Positions 10,298 through 21,491 of a DNA stretch of 64,000 bases are shown here, one piece after another (the first letter of the stretch is position 1; each line of letters begins with the position of its first letter). Source of the DNA: Methanolinea sp. (GTDB lineage Archaea > Halobacteriota > Methanomicrobia > Methanomicrobiales > Methanospirillaceae). The notes below the pieces were generated by a model that saw only the letters and a list, made by a program, of their open reading frames with translations, was not told the DNA's origin and made no database searches. The position numbers were made by a program, and so were the translations under genes. Location: contig CP064971.1 in NCBI GenBank assembly GCA_016699325.1, positions 1,819,636 through 1,883,635 on the forward strand, given 5' to 3'.

Positions 10298-10561
10298 TTA
10301 GATATCCCGGTAGACTGTCGAACGGTGGCGCACCATGAGGATATTCATCTTCATCGTCTCGTCGTCGAGTTCAAACAGGACACGATAATCCCCGACGCGT
10401 AACGAATAGGTGGGAGTGGACACTGCTTTTAATGGCTTGGCATATGCGCGAGGGTCTCAACACACTATCTGTATCCTCTTCAGAATGCGCTTGATAGTGA
10501 TGTGAGAAAGGTTATCAAGATCCTTATCTGCAACAGGAGTGAATTCAACAGAATACGCCAT
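10298..10561 (-). pseudogene. relE: RelE/ParE-family toxin with in-frame TGA at codon 35 (10457..10459)
   Basis: Hand translation: MAYSVEFTPVADKDLDNLSHITIKRILKRIQIVC*DPRAYAKPLKAVSTPTYSLRVGDYRVLFELDDETMKMNILMVRHRSTVYRDI. Its ATG overlaps the antitoxin stop. Confidence 0.7.
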
Positions 10562-10710
10562 TATTCAATGCCACGCCGGCGTAGAACTTCGTCCAGTGAA
10601 ATACACTGTCCTTTGGCAACCTGTGTGCGGGCAAGTTTCAGATCTCTTACCGTATCAGGACTGAGGGGCTGATCTTCTTCCTCTTTATTCCGCACTTTTT
10701 CAAGAGGCAT
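10561..10710 (-). CDS. Putative antitoxin (49 aa) of the RelE-like toxin
   Basis: Intact small ORF MPLEKVRNKEEEDQPLSPDTVRDLKLARTQVAKGQCISLDEVLRRRGIE. Its stop overlaps the toxin start, the typical type II TA arrangement. Confidence 0.55.
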   Translation of the reverse strand: MPLEKVRNKEEEDQPLSPDTVRDLKLARTQVAKGQCISLDEVLRRRGIE

Positions 10711-11009
10711 ATGAATACAGATATCCCTATATTGAAATAAAGCCTCTCATACCTGTCAATTATGGTAGCGATGAACACTATGTGAGAACATACAAATTTT
10801 TTGTCCGGTAATATGTTCCACTGTCACGACCGGCGATTATCCTCATGGTCTTGGTCCTTTCATTCACTCTGCACCACTACCCTACGTCGCTGTTCCTACA
10901 GTGTTCTTTCATCCCCACTCCTCCTCATTTTCTCCCAATTGCCTCAATAAGGATCTCCAGGGTCACATTCAGTCCCCCTAGTAAAAATTTTGGTAACTGT
11001 TCAGCCTGT

Positions 11010-11510
11010 TCAGTGAGCGGCAGAAGGGATGAAGGGATCTCCCTCAAATGCCTTCACAAGAGAGGTTAGAACAGCTAGATGATCATGTTTCGAATCGTTC
11101 AATCTTACATTCGTCTGAGGATGCTTGATCCGGGCGACAATATGCTTGATTCCATGCTGATCGAGGAACGCCTTGAAAGTATGCTGTGCCACCTCACGCT
11201 CACGTGCAGAAACGAATTGTGTGCCGTGGTCCGTGAGAATCTCCCTGGGGATCCCATACCGTGTAAATCCCATTTCCAGGACAAGAATAGTATTCCGGGT
11301 GGTGGGAGAATCGAAGACACCGTGGCAGGTGACCAGCCGGGATGAGTCATCCATGAATGCTATCAGCCATTTCTTCTGGCCATCGATTGTCACCTCTTTC
11401 CAGTCACCCTGCCAGACACCACCAAGCATTACGACATCACTCCAGGGACCTACGACTACTTCCGGCTCTCGGGGACCTCCCTTCCGACGGCAAGGGTCAT
11501 CACCGTACAA
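11010..11510 (-). pseudogene. Integrase-core (rve) DDE transposase fragment, IS481/IS3-like
   Basis: Motifs WLIAFMDDSSR...ILTDHGTQF...HPQTN. The expected GKIERF continuation is out of frame, and the N-terminus is missing. Confidence 0.75.
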
Positions 11511-11516
11511 CTCCAG

Positions 11517-12209
11517 GTGACCGGGACCACGCAGGGGCCAGAGGACTCCGAGATATCGTTCGTGGTCGAGGGCCTTACCGCCGGGACCATCACCATTGCA
11601 GCCCTCGTCAACGGGACGCAGGCCCTCTACAAGAGCATCCCGATCGGGGTATCAGAATCGTCCTCTGCAGGGGACGGCATGCCTGTAGCCACTACTGCAC
11701 CCCCACCGGAGCAGTGGAACACGTTCACCTCAGCTGACGGCCCGGTCAGCGTCACGGTCTCACACTCGGGACCCATCGGGTTCCTGAAGGTCCCTCCTGT
11801 GGACGTGACTTGGGAGATGCAGGCCATCTCCGGGCCTTACGCCCTGGTGCCCCAGGATACCTCTTTCCTCCCCCCGGGAAGGATCGAGTTCCGCATCCCG
11901 TCCGGGGCTCCGAGGGATGGGCTCGTCATCGCCTCCCTTGACCGCGAAACATGGACCATTCTTTCCTCGACGATTGGAAACACCTCCGTGACGGCTCCCG
12001 TCACCATCAGCGGGACCTATGCCCTGCTGGGGCCGGTCCCGGTCCTGGCAACCACCACGACCACTGCGGTCACACCCATCGCGACCACTTTTGAGGAGAC
12101 TCCCCCATCCCCTCGCCTGCAGCCACCACGAGGGCAGGTATCGGGGGTGCCACGCATATCCTCGCGATTTGTGCCGGGTGTGCAGTCGCGATGCGGGAAC
12201 CGGCAATAG
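11517..12209 (+). pseudogene. C-terminal fragment of a cell-surface protein, 5'-truncated at the rve relic
   Basis: The frame is open upstream of the Met, up to the IS relic. It is Thr-rich, and a hydrophobic tail (AGIGGATHILAICAGCAVAMR) appears only in a different frame at the 3' end. Confidence 0.4.
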
Positions 12210-12255
12210 CGCGTGGGTCTGGAAGGAGCGGTGCACCTCCACCTGCACCCCTCTC

Positions 12256-13101
12256 TCACCCCATCTCGAACGTGGTGACCCCGAAGATCCGGCCGACCGG
12301 AAGCGGAGGGATCTCCTTCGTGTACATCCTGGCGGTGCCAAAGACCTCCTCCATCTCCCGCTCCTGCGCCATGGCCACCGCCTCGCTGTTCGGCTCCGGG
12401 GTGTCGAAGAAAAACAGCTGCCCCCTCATCTCATCCCTCCCGGTCAAATCCTCCAGGATACGCTCGCCGATTTCCGGCGTATCGGCAAAGAGCGGGCCGA
12501 TCTTATACCCCTCGAAGCACCTCCGGATTACCCCGTAGCCCCGCAGTGTTCCTCCCTCCACCAGAGCGGAGGACCACGATCCGGGCATGCGGATCCATCG
12601 CTCCAGGAAGCGCTTCCGTTCCGCGGGGAAATGGAGGGCATCGTACGCAACGAGTGCGGAAAAGGGCACTTCCTGCGCAGAGCAGAGCCCTGCCTGCCTC
12701 CTTCCGTCCGCGATGCCCCGCCACCGGATGTTCCGGTATGCGAAGCGGAACCCCATCCGTGAAGAATACTTTTCCTGCATCTCGTAGACCCCGTCGATGC
12801 CCAGGTTCCGGTCTCCCACGTGGCGGATTGCCGCGGTCGAGAGCTGCCAGCCCACACCCTTCGACCGCATATCCTCCCTGATGACAAAGAAACCCCCAAA
12901 AGAGAACCGGGAGTCGTAATTGGTGACCGCAACAGTCCCGACGATCTCGCCGTCCGCCTCCGCGACAAACCACCCGGCCGGGTCCACCGCGTAGTGGCAC
13001 TCCCCGTCATGCAGCCCCGGGTTCCACCCTTCTCTCCTCGCCCACTCGATAAAGACCGGCACCACCTCCTTTCGCGCCGTCCGGATCACAAGGTCATCCA
13101 T
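12256..13101 (-). CDS. GNAT family N-acetyltransferase (YitH-like two-domain type)
   Basis: Motif GEIVGTVAVTNYDSRFSFGGFFVIREDMRSKGVGWQL (acetyl-CoA binding). The ORF extends to 13245, but MDDLVIRTA at 13101 is the likely start. Confidence 0.8.
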   Translation of the reverse strand: MDDLVIRTARKEVVPVFIEWARREGWNPGLHDGECHYAVDPAGWFVAEADGEIVGTVAVTNYDSRFSFGGFFVIREDMRSKGVGWQLSTAAIRHVGDRNLGIDGVYEMQEKYSSRMGFRFAYRNIRWRGIADGRRQAGLCSAQEVPFSALVAYDALHFPAERKRFLERWIRMPGSWSSALVEGGTLRGYGVIRRCFEGYKIGPLFADTPEIGERILEDLTGRDEMRGQLFFFDTPEPNSEAVAMAQEREMEEVFGTARMYTKEIPPLPVGRIFGVTTFEMG

Positions 13102-13267
13102 ATGAGTGGATAAAGCAGCAATGGACTTATAGTTCAGTGCTGCGGGGAGCAGTTGGGGTATCGGCCCCAACTGCGGGGGTTGTGCGGGGGAGGCGCCGGA
13201 GGAGGGAACCCCCTCCGGGCATTGGTCCCGGTATTCCTTCATCACGAAGTGAACACAACAGCAAGAC

Positions 13268-14567
13268 CTACATTTCGCAGGTCGACCTCACAAAATAATA
13301 TTTTCCGAACGCTGGCCCCATGACATCAAGAATTTGAATCACTTCCTCGTCCAGATTCACGATAAACCGCTGTATCTGCGAATTTAGGGTGACTGTGACT
13401 TCCGCCGGTCTCATGAACAGAGTAAAGATCCATTTCATGGTCGGGTTCTGGATTGGCTTTTTCAGCTGGTTTTTCACCGTTTTCCCTGTCTTTTTGAGTT
13501 GGGACCGGATATGCCACTCGGCTACTGCATAGACGAATAGGCAGAGCACCATAACCATGGAAAGCGCTTCAATCCTGGTCTCTTTCTTCAGGAAAACTTC
13601 GGCAACCCGGAAACTCTTATCCTTCAGAAACCGGAACCCCCGCTCAACCGATTGCTGCCCCTTATAATATTTCAGGATAGTGTCCGGATCCAGGTCAAGA
13701 TCATTTGTTGCCAGGATGAACCGTCCGAGACGTGCTTTCTCCTGCTCGATCACATCCGGAACGATCTCAAGCGGTGAATCGACGAAGAAAACTGTCTCAA
13801 CAGCCTCATCCTTGCCCGGGCGCCCTTTTCTTCCGTTCTTCTTTTTCGTCTTTGAGAATACTTGGACCCTATCAGCGGACAGGTAAGGAAGTACGCATCA
13901 AACCACAACCGTGCAGCCATGCGTGCATCGGGCTCACAGGCAAATTCCTTGGCACAGAGCTTCTTCCATGATTTACGCGCTTTATCCAGCCGCTTGGCCA
14001 GGTTCCTCCCTTACGAATGGTCTCAAGGAGGATCTTCTTGTCTGACTCATTGCCGGAGTACGGCTGAGTGAACAGCGGGATGCCGTGATGGTTGGTTACC
14101 ATCGCAAGGACGAACTGCTTGAGGTCCCAGCGGTGATCTTTATTGTGACCGTAGGTGATCTTGATGGTCCGGAAGTCGTCATCGTCATCGGTGTCATAGT
14201 CACCGTGAACACTGAAACTGGTTGTGTCAGCATGGAGGAGGTGGGTGCCAAACGAGAGTTTTTCCATGACTGCCACTACGATATCATTGAACAGGTCGGT
14301 GCTTCCATACTCGTAGATACGGTCGAGTGTCCGGAGGAGAACATCGTCGTTCAGGTGGTCCGGGGTAACACCAGGGCCGAATAACTGTTCTGTCGAGAGG
14401 TTGGTGAAAAATCGCGAGAAGAAATAGAGCCGGCGTTCATTGAAGCCTAGACCGTTCAGGAGCATGGCCTTGACAATCGCTGAATGGGGGAGGATATGGT
14501 TCCGTGTCTTGGGCAGGGCGTCATCGATTACTGCTGATATTCCGAGTTCATCGATCATGCCGGCCAC
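13268..14567 (-). pseudogene. IS1634-family transposase with internal out-of-frame deletion
   Basis: ORFs 13872..14567 and 13268..13753 are near-identical to the N- and C-terminal parts of the 549-aa ORF 21571..23220. The segment corresponding to about 22196..22485 is missing. Confidence 0.85.
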
Positions 14568-14654
14568 CAGACCGAGATGGGCAATCTGCTAGAACTGAAA
14601 TTCTTCGCCGTGAATTGAGATACAGGCTCCACAGAATATGTATTGCTGCGCTAA

Positions 14655-14767
14655 GATATAACCCTAAGTATTTTATTTCCAGAAATCGTGGGGCCACGTG
14701 CGAAAGGTGGGATATAACCCTAAGTATTTTATTTCCAGAAATCCTGGGGCCACGTGCGAAAGGTGGG
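14655..14767. repeat. Tandem duplication (2 x ~57 bp) of the IS1634-like terminal inverted repeat
   Basis: ATATAACCCTAAGTATTTTATTTCCAGAAATC[G/C]TGGGGCCACGTGCGAAAGGTGGG occurs twice, head to tail. Confidence 0.85.
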
Positions 14768-14993
14768 GCAAGAGGTCAATTTCGGTGTTTTTGGGCATGT
14801 CTGTTTTGGAGACATTGATTATAAAAAAACTATGAAATCTGGTTTAACATATTAATCATCTTATCAATTTGTGATGAACCTTCGATTGCAGCTAATGACA
14901 ATTCATGATTTGTACTAGATTTTACAGGATCGAACAAGTTTTTCGCGGTTTGTAATTCTGTCTTTGCTGAAGACAACTCTCTCATTGAAAAAA

Positions 14994-15856
14994 TTAGAGA
15001 ACTTTAGGCACTATACAACATCTACAACCATATTTATGCGTACATGCCGCATAAGGCAATTCTGGGACCATATCTATATTAAAAGTTTTTCCTGCATGCT
15101 TTTTACAATTTTCGCAAGAATCTGGAGCTGTTACAATTTCAACCGATTTAACACCCGATTTTTTATATCGGTTAATTGAATACAAAAATAAAGCATATAA
15201 CAGTATCATATTAACTGATGTATTCGCATCATACTTCGAAGAAGTGAAAAAGTCCGGTATTATATATTGTTTTGCGGCAGCATTTGTTCCCCAAAGATGT
15301 ATCATGGCTGCAGCAGGACGGAGGATTTCAATTTGTTCTTGAGTATAACCATCGAGAATTTTTGGAGTCTTTGAAAAAATTAAGTTAAGAATGGTCACAT
15401 CGTTGCCCGGATCATGGTTTTTCCAATCACAGTTAATACCCCTTTGAAATACTTGTTCAGCCTCAAAATGCGCCACGGTTCCACTCGCATCGAAAAATTT
15501 ACCTTCCTTTATAAAAGAAAAGACTGTCTTTTCTGTTGCAAGCCTAATTTCCCGTTCTTTTTGAGGTAATCTTCAGCGATTAATTTTCCTTTATCACTAC
15601 AAATGAGAACATTTACATCCGTAACGAGTGATTCAATTGCTTCCCTGTCAGCCTGTATTAATCTATCAATTAGCAAGTTTTTCTTTCCCGTTACTGGCAA
15701 ATTTCTCGTTTTTAATAAAGGTTTTAGGTCAGTGAGTTTGAATTTTGCATCCATTTTTTCTTGAAGATTTGCTACTCGTAACAATCCTTCCTTAAGAAAA
15801 GCCTCTATTGCCTTTTCTAAAGGTTCATTACCTGACCTCCCGAGTTTTAGGCACAT
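14994..15856 (-). CDS. SAP-domain protein with Mu F/SPP1 gp7-like Cys/His C-terminal motif; one frameshift at an A5 run (~15545)
   Basis: ORF 15509..15856 carries a SAP motif (LTDLKPLLKTRNLPVTGKKNLLIDRLIQA). The frame of ORF 14994..15476 stays open upstream (KEREIRLATEKTVFSFIKEGKFF) to the AAAAA run. The C-terminus reads DSCENCKKHAGKTF...CTHKYGCRCC. Confidence 0.5.
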
Positions 15857-15942
15857 GATTCCATCAAATATCGGTCCAATTCTATAATGCGACCCTCAAC
15901 CGCAAGATCTAAATAATATAATGTGCTTATATTATAAGCATA

Positions 15943-17504
15943 TGAAACCCATTCGCCGAATCAAGAAGATCAATGGGATAGAATACTGGTATGAGGATGT
16001 TCCCTACTACGATCCGGTGAAGAAACAAACCCGCCACACCTCACATTATTTAGGGAAAATATCAATGGAGTTCCAGTAAAAGTAAGAACTGAAGGTATTC
16101 CAGGCCCAAGCATCTCTGCAATCCCAAAGGAAGCATTCACTCATGGAAATCTCCTCCCACTTCAGCAAATCATCCAGGACCTGCACATTGATGAATATCT
16201 CTCCACACTTGCCAGCAAGAGTGAGAAAGAGACCATTCTCGCCATAGCCATCAACCGGATCCTACATCCCGTCGCGATGCACCTTGTATCGACCTGGTAC
16301 GAAGAGAGCTCGCTCTTCCTCACCAATCCGAACCTCCATCTGAGCAGCCAATCTATCAGCGAACTTCTTTCCACCATTGGCAACAGCGGTGTTCCCGAGG
16401 AATTCATGCATCTCCTCATTCGAAACCTCGGCACCGATGCAACACTCATCTATGACATCACCAGTCTCTCAAGTTATTCGCAGCTCATATCTCTCCTGGA
16501 ATATGGGGTACAATCGTGATGGCTTGGACCTTCCACAAGTCAATTTCTCCCTTATTCTCGACACGCATCAGGCCATTCCCGTTATGTATGACATCTACCA
16601 GGGGAGCATTGTCGATGTCGTAACCTTAAAAAATACCATCAAGAAAATCGGAGCCATAGGGGTCAACAATTACACATTGGTGCTCGACCGTGGTTTTTTC
16701 AGCCAGGGGAACCTGGAAGAGCTGGTCCAGGAAGGATTCTCATTCGTAATACCTGCGTCCCTCACGCTCAAACAAGTCAAAGAGGTTCTCACCGAGCTTC
16801 AACGTGACCTTGAAAGCCCGCAATACCTGCAGAAATACCAGAAGAATCCGATCTTTGTCAAGCCTATCTCATTCGACGTGCACGGGAATGATATCAAAGC
16901 ATTTTGCTATTATGACATGAAGCGGGAGCAGGATGAACGAAATCTCTTCTATGTTCGCCTCCATGACCTGAAACAGAAACTTGAGCGTCTCAAAATACCA
17001 CGGTGGCGGAAGCCCGATGATATCTTTAAGGAGTGCGCAGGAAAGTTCTCGAATTATTTCTCCTGGCATGTGCAGGGTAACCAGTTTGTGGTCGAAATCC
17101 GGAATAATGCCGTGTCACAGAGGGTTAACAGAATGGGCAAACAGATCATTCTGTCCCATGGACCACTCGATTGGAAGGAGTGTCTCACCGTCTATCGGGA
17201 ACGCGATTATATCGAGAAAACATTCCGAACTTTGAAACAGGATCTCCAGGTTCTCCCTCTGAATGTGAAAAAGGAGTCTACAATGAAGGGGTTTCTTTTT
17301 GTCACATTTATCAGCCTCATTTTGAGGATGAAACTGCTGAAACAGATGAAGGACGCTGGACTCCTGGAAGATTATACCCTCGATGGTCTTCTCCTCGAAC
17401 TTTCCAAGATCAAGAAGATTCGATTGGTGACGGGAGAGACGATTATAACTGAAATTTCAAAGAAACAGAGAACTATCCTGGATGCACTCGGACTATGTGC
17501 TTAA
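15943..17504 (+). pseudogene. IS4-superfamily (IS1634/ISH3-like) DDE transposase with at least 2 frameshifts; element ends not defined
   Basis: MKPIRRIKKINGIEYWYEDVPYYDP starts at 15943. ORFs 16277..16519 and 16377..17504 join at a GGGG run (LLEYG/YNRDGLDLPQVN). The VLDRGFFS motif is present. Confidence 0.7.
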
Positions 17505-18047
17505 ACTACCCGGAAGTCAGGTCATTAAGGACATCTGTCCACGCATCGGATTTTACACAATTATCTTTTACTCGTGGATGAAGGAATTTACTAAGGAGTA
17601 ATAAATGTGCTTTTGAGGATTGCCAATTCTTTTTTTGACTTGATAATAAGTCCCCACCCGCGGTGGAAATAATTTCTTTCCTTTTAATTTCTTTTGTCAA
17701 TTTGGGCTCGGTCCTGTTTCCGATTAATTTATCAAATAGACCCATATTTCCAAGAATATATTTTGGTCTATAAATAAATTCTTAAATCAATTAATCTAGG
17801 ACTTACGCACTTGGCCTCGACCGAAAAAGCTAAGAGCTAAGAAAACCCATTCTGGAATGAATAACCCGGAATGAAGATTGAAGGCACGTGAACCCTCAGA
17901 AATGCACGAGAAACGATTTTGTGAACTTTCTCATAGGAACCTTCCAGACCTGCTCGGTACCGTCCCTAATAAGCTGTAATTAGCCCCCTATCGGGATTAC
18001 CATGGCGGTGGAAGTTACCTAATCACCTATTTATTTAGGTTTATCTT

Positions 18048-19196
18048 TCATTTCCCGTCCTTTCTCATGGCTATGCGTATCACTATTATGCCGAGAGAGA
18101 TTAGGACGACAAATGGCATGAGGGGTACAGGTTTTTCGGATGTCGGATATATGCCTATAGGAGTACCTTCTGACGTCTCATTGTCTGTTGTTGAACAGAA
18201 AGTCTGGCGAGCCAATTCCTGTTGAGATAGAGTGATTGGAACAGAATATTGAATAGATGTCTTCTGGAGTGAAAATAATCCATATCCCTTAAGATTTCCA
18301 TCGGCTGATCTGATCTCGATGGAATAATCACCTTGATCCAGGGTTGTCGTATCGAGGGTGAAGACCCACGGAGTTTTCCCTTTGCTCTCCGGTAAGATGG
18401 CAATAAGGCCGTTGACGCTTCCGGTACCCGATCTTGGTTGCCAGGTACCTCCTGGGAGAAATTGCCCTGGACTTACAGTTAATGTCAGAGTTTCTCCTGA
18501 ATAGTTCGATATTGTACCTTGCAATCGAATTGTGTCATTGGATGCATGGTAGGGAACGGGATCGATTCTTATCGGCAGCTCTTCGATGGTAGTTGCGGTT
18601 TCCGCCGGAAGAAGATAAAAATTCCCGATATCATAAGCCGCTATGTCCCCCGCATAACGTGCGGCCTTACCCGCTTCTATGATATAATGATCGGGGGATA
18701 ACTCTGTTGTATTGATGAGAAAATACCACTTCTGGACCCCATCAATTTGTTTCTGCATCGTGATCGCCTCCCCTGATGTCATATTACAGGGCAGAATCAT
18801 TCCCTTGACCGTATGGGCATGAATACAGACCACCTCCACCCAAATCACCGGATTGCCGGGCATGTCAATTGTTCCAGTGATTATAATAGGATCCCCGGCC
18901 TTCTGTAAACCGATCGGGTCGATGCTGATGGTATATAAATGGGCTTCTTCGTTTGAAGATTTACCTATAGGAGGAGAAGTCGTTGGGGAGCCCTCCAGGT
19001 TCTTTGACGGATCTGTAGGATTTTCCAGAGCATCCGCCCCTCCTATACACATGCTTATGGATATACCGAGAAATAAAACGATGAAAAAATGAACAATATT
19101 ACGATTATCAATAAACTTTGTCCTGATTGTCATTTCACAGGTTGCAGGTTTAGATCCCTTTAAGAAAAAATTGGTTTGATTTAAATTTCGTATCAT
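18048..19196 (-). CDS. Secreted surface protein with N-terminal signal anchor and C-terminal TM anchor
   Basis: 382-aa ORF in the AT-rich island. The likely start is MTIRTKF at 19133. The C-terminus reads PLMPFVVLISLGIIVIRIAMRKDGK. Confidence 0.7.
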   Translation of the reverse strand: MIRNLNQTNFFLKGSKPATCEMTIRTKFIDNRNIVHFFIVLFLGISISMCIGGADALENPTDPSKNLEGSPTTSPPIGKSSNEEAHLYTISIDPIGLQKAGDPIIITGTIDMPGNPVIWVEVVCIHAHTVKGMILPCNMTSGEAITMQKQIDGVQKWYFLINTTELSPDHYIIEAGKAARYAGDIAAYDIGNFYLLPAETATTIEELPIRIDPVPYHASNDTIRLQGTISNYSGETLTLTVSPGQFLPGGTWQPRSGTGSVNGLIAILPESKGKTPWVFTLDTTTLDQGDYSIEIRSADGNLKGYGLFSLQKTSIQYSVPITLSQQELARQTFCSTTDNETSEGTPIGIYPTSEKPVPLMPFVVLISLGIIVIRIAMRKDGK

Positions 19197-19201
19197 TCAG
19201 A

Positions 19202-19957
19202 TCATCCTGAGCAGTAAGCATGGGTATAGATATTACCGTCAGGAGAGGTTAAATCTCCAACCGTACTAACATAGCGCATCGGTTTACCTGGTGGGGGGAG
19301 TTGTTCTGACACCGGGCCACTGTAGTAACCGAACGGTTTATACCAGATATCCTGGTTCCGGATCCACTCTTCCTTAATTGGTGTGGTGCGTGCATTGAAC
19401 GTCGTGGTTTGACCTGTCAGTCCAACTTCTGATGATACTGTCATGGTTTTAATATATTGGCTTGGTGTGGTGTCATAGTAACTTCCATCATACCATCTCG
19501 ATAATCCCGATTCCGGATTGAAATCCTCAATAGATATCCAATACCAACCGGTATCTGGTCCTTTTCCTACAATGAAATGCATCCCGAAATCATGGGGTAG
19601 AGTCCATGGGCCGATAACCCTGTTTACGGGAATTATCGGATTTTCGTTTAAATCATAGTTATAAAAAACAGGATAAACTTCGATTCTATTCGATCCATCG
19701 CTCCCCCAAGGTCTATAAAATGCTACCACTTCCATTGCATCAATTGAATACTCGTCGGCACCAATGCGATTAAGACCAATTTCACGTTCCTCATATATAA
19801 AATGTCCAAAGCCTGTTCTTGTATAACGTGATAGCGTCATTTTTCCTATTTCATAATCAATTTGCCAATTTACTGGTGCTGTATACCTCTGCCGCGAAAT
19901 CCACCATCCACTATCTCCCGTTGTCATTGGGATAGGAGAAATGCTTTCTGACATCAA
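19202..19957 (-). CDS. W/Y-rich hypothetical protein, paralogous to the C-terminal half of 24424..25731
   Basis: Shared blocks: IEVYPVFYNYD..NPIIP vs IKIFPVIYNEDGDKAIFP, and ARTTPIKEEWIRNQD vs ARTSPVREEWCVQNND. Confidence 0.7.
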   Translation of the reverse strand: MMSESISPIPMTTGDSGWWISRQRYTAPVNWQIDYEIGKMTLSRYTRTGFGHFIYEEREIGLNRIGADEYSIDAMEVVAFYRPWGSDGSNRIEVYPVFYNYDLNENPIIPVNRVIGPWTLPHDFGMHFIVGKGPDTGWYWISIEDFNPESGLSRWYDGSYYDTTPSQYIKTMTVSSEVGLTGQTTTFNARTTPIKEEWIRNQDIWYKPFGYYSGPVSEQLPPPGKPMRYVSTVGDLTSPDGNIYTHAYCSG

Positions 19958-19996
19958 GAAGTAGGGGATACAATTGCTCGGTGTTCCCGAAGCCTG

Positions 19997-20581
19997 TCAA
20001 CTATCATTTGCATACCACGCCATGGCGAGGTAACATATCCCGATAATGGGCATGCATACGATCCAATATACCGCCATCAGCCCGAGAGACGAGTCGATTG
20101 TGTTGTGTAGGAAATCTTGTATCAAAATAACCAAGGCAGTTGCGGCGGGAATGCACATTATTGCAGTGAGCGCGATAGATACAGACCGGGCCCGACTGGC
20201 TGCCGGGGTGGCATAGAACAACGCTATGGAACAGGGTGCGAGGAGTAAAATCCCAGCTGCCCAACCAATCCAACCTAACCCTGGAATACCACGCGGAATC
20301 GATCCTCCAATAAGGAAAAGGAACACCCCGAACATGAGAATGGCGAGAAGATCCAAAATGAGTGGGAAGATGAAATATCTTTGTAGCGGTTTTGTGAATC
20401 TCCCTAAGAGTATAAGCAGAGTACCAGCGAATGAAAGGGTGCACATCGTGATCAAGATTGCGGTAAAAAGAAACGGACCGCTATATGGGAATACCAGCAA
20501 CAATGCATAGGTAACTGGCATCCAGAAAAAAACTGCCGATGTAAGCACCAGCGGGTATTTCACAATTTGTAATCTCCCCAT
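19997..20581 (-). CDS. Polytopic membrane protein (about 6 TM helices)
   Basis: 194-aa strongly hydrophobic ORF, tightly packed between neighbouring minus-strand genes. Confidence 0.7.
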   Translation of the reverse strand: MGRLQIVKYPLVLTSAVFFWMPVTYALLLVFPYSGPFLFTAILITMCTLSFAGTLLILLGRFTKPLQRYFIFPLILDLLAILMFGVFLFLIGGSIPRGIPGLGWIGWAAGILLLAPCSIALFYATPAASRARSVSIALTAIMCIPAATALVILIQDFLHNTIDSSLGLMAVYWIVCMPIIGICYLAMAWYANDS

Positions 20582-20602
20582 TGCCTTAAAAAGATTGGGT
20601 GT

Positions 20603-21491
20603 TTATCCTACGAGGTCGCAGAACTCCTCGATATAACCCTGGTCTCCGCCGTAACTATCGGTAACCCGGAGTCTCCAATCGTGAATGTTCTGGAATCCGA
20701 TCGCACCGATGCACAAGGCGAGATTATCAGTGCCGCCACCCTGGTGATCCCAGATCTTTACCTCGGTATAGGTTGGGGACGATTCATCCTTCCAACCAAG
20801 CCAGACCTCAAGATCGCCAATATATGTGTGGGTGATATACGTGCATAAGTACATGTTCTCGCTGCACGCGATGTTGTCAAGATATGCATACGACGTGGTG
20901 TAATCCGAGATTGCGACTCGGTTCTGGCCGATTGTATTTGGAGAATCGTACTTAGTGACGTAGTCGATCATCCCCATATTCATCATCGCCGTTTCCCGTA
21001 GCAGGTCCCTGGTAATAGTAACCATTTCCTGTGTAAGTGCAGGCGAACTTTCCCAGTTCCTGGTATTCATGATGTCGCAAATCCTCGTGAGCTTTTGGTG
21101 GGAATACCAAGCGATGTACTTCGATGCATCTGATGGATCCCCTACGAGATAATAACTGTCGACCCGGAGAGCCGACTCCAGCTCGCTCCAATGTGCTGAT
21201 ACCCACCCTTCATAGGCTGAATGGTGAGCCTGGCCGAATAGCATCGAGGTGTGGAACGGGCAGCCCAGGTCTTCAATATAGTGGAGACTCTTGCCGATAT
21301 CGACGTATGCCCCATCCACATTGTACTGGTTCATCTTTGTCCGCCCCTGGACCTCGAAATACTCACAGGAATCTGGTCCGTAGTTGTCGAATCCCGGGAT
21401 ACCGGGCTCATCAAGCACCCACGAATGGCGGTTCAGGAAAAGCCCAGGAAGAGGAGGCTGGTTTCTGTTTTTATCTGCCCAGCCACTATAA
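20603..21491 (-). pseudogene. Zinc phospholipase C-like protein with C-terminal proprotein-convertase P-domain; 5' part cut off by IS insertion
   Basis: LHYIEDLGCPFHTS is a PLC-type Zn motif. The P-domain-like C-terminus reads THTYIGDLEVWLGW...WRLRVTDSYGGDQGYIEEF. The apparent GTG start lies inside the IS terminal repeat. Confidence 0.65.

Larger units (their letters stand above)
13267..14767 (-). mobile_element. IS1634-like element, defective copy (internal ~0.3 kb deletion, duplicated terminus), flanked by 6-bp direct repeat GCAAGA
   Basis: The ends match the full copy at 21492..23221. GCAAGA occurs at 13261..13266 and at 14768..14773. Confidence 0.8.

Noticed and set aside
10457-10459. 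In-frame TGA in the RelE-like gene as a possible selenocysteine or recoding site
   Set aside because: No hairpin or SECIS-like element is evident, toxins of this family are not selenoproteins, and a simple nonsense mutation is the more economical explanation.
17506-17745. A 79-aa minus-strand ORF immediately after the IS-like transposase
   Set aside because: It is short and has no recognisable domain. It may be the truncated start of a gene interrupted by the IS, and the evidence is too weak to annotate it.
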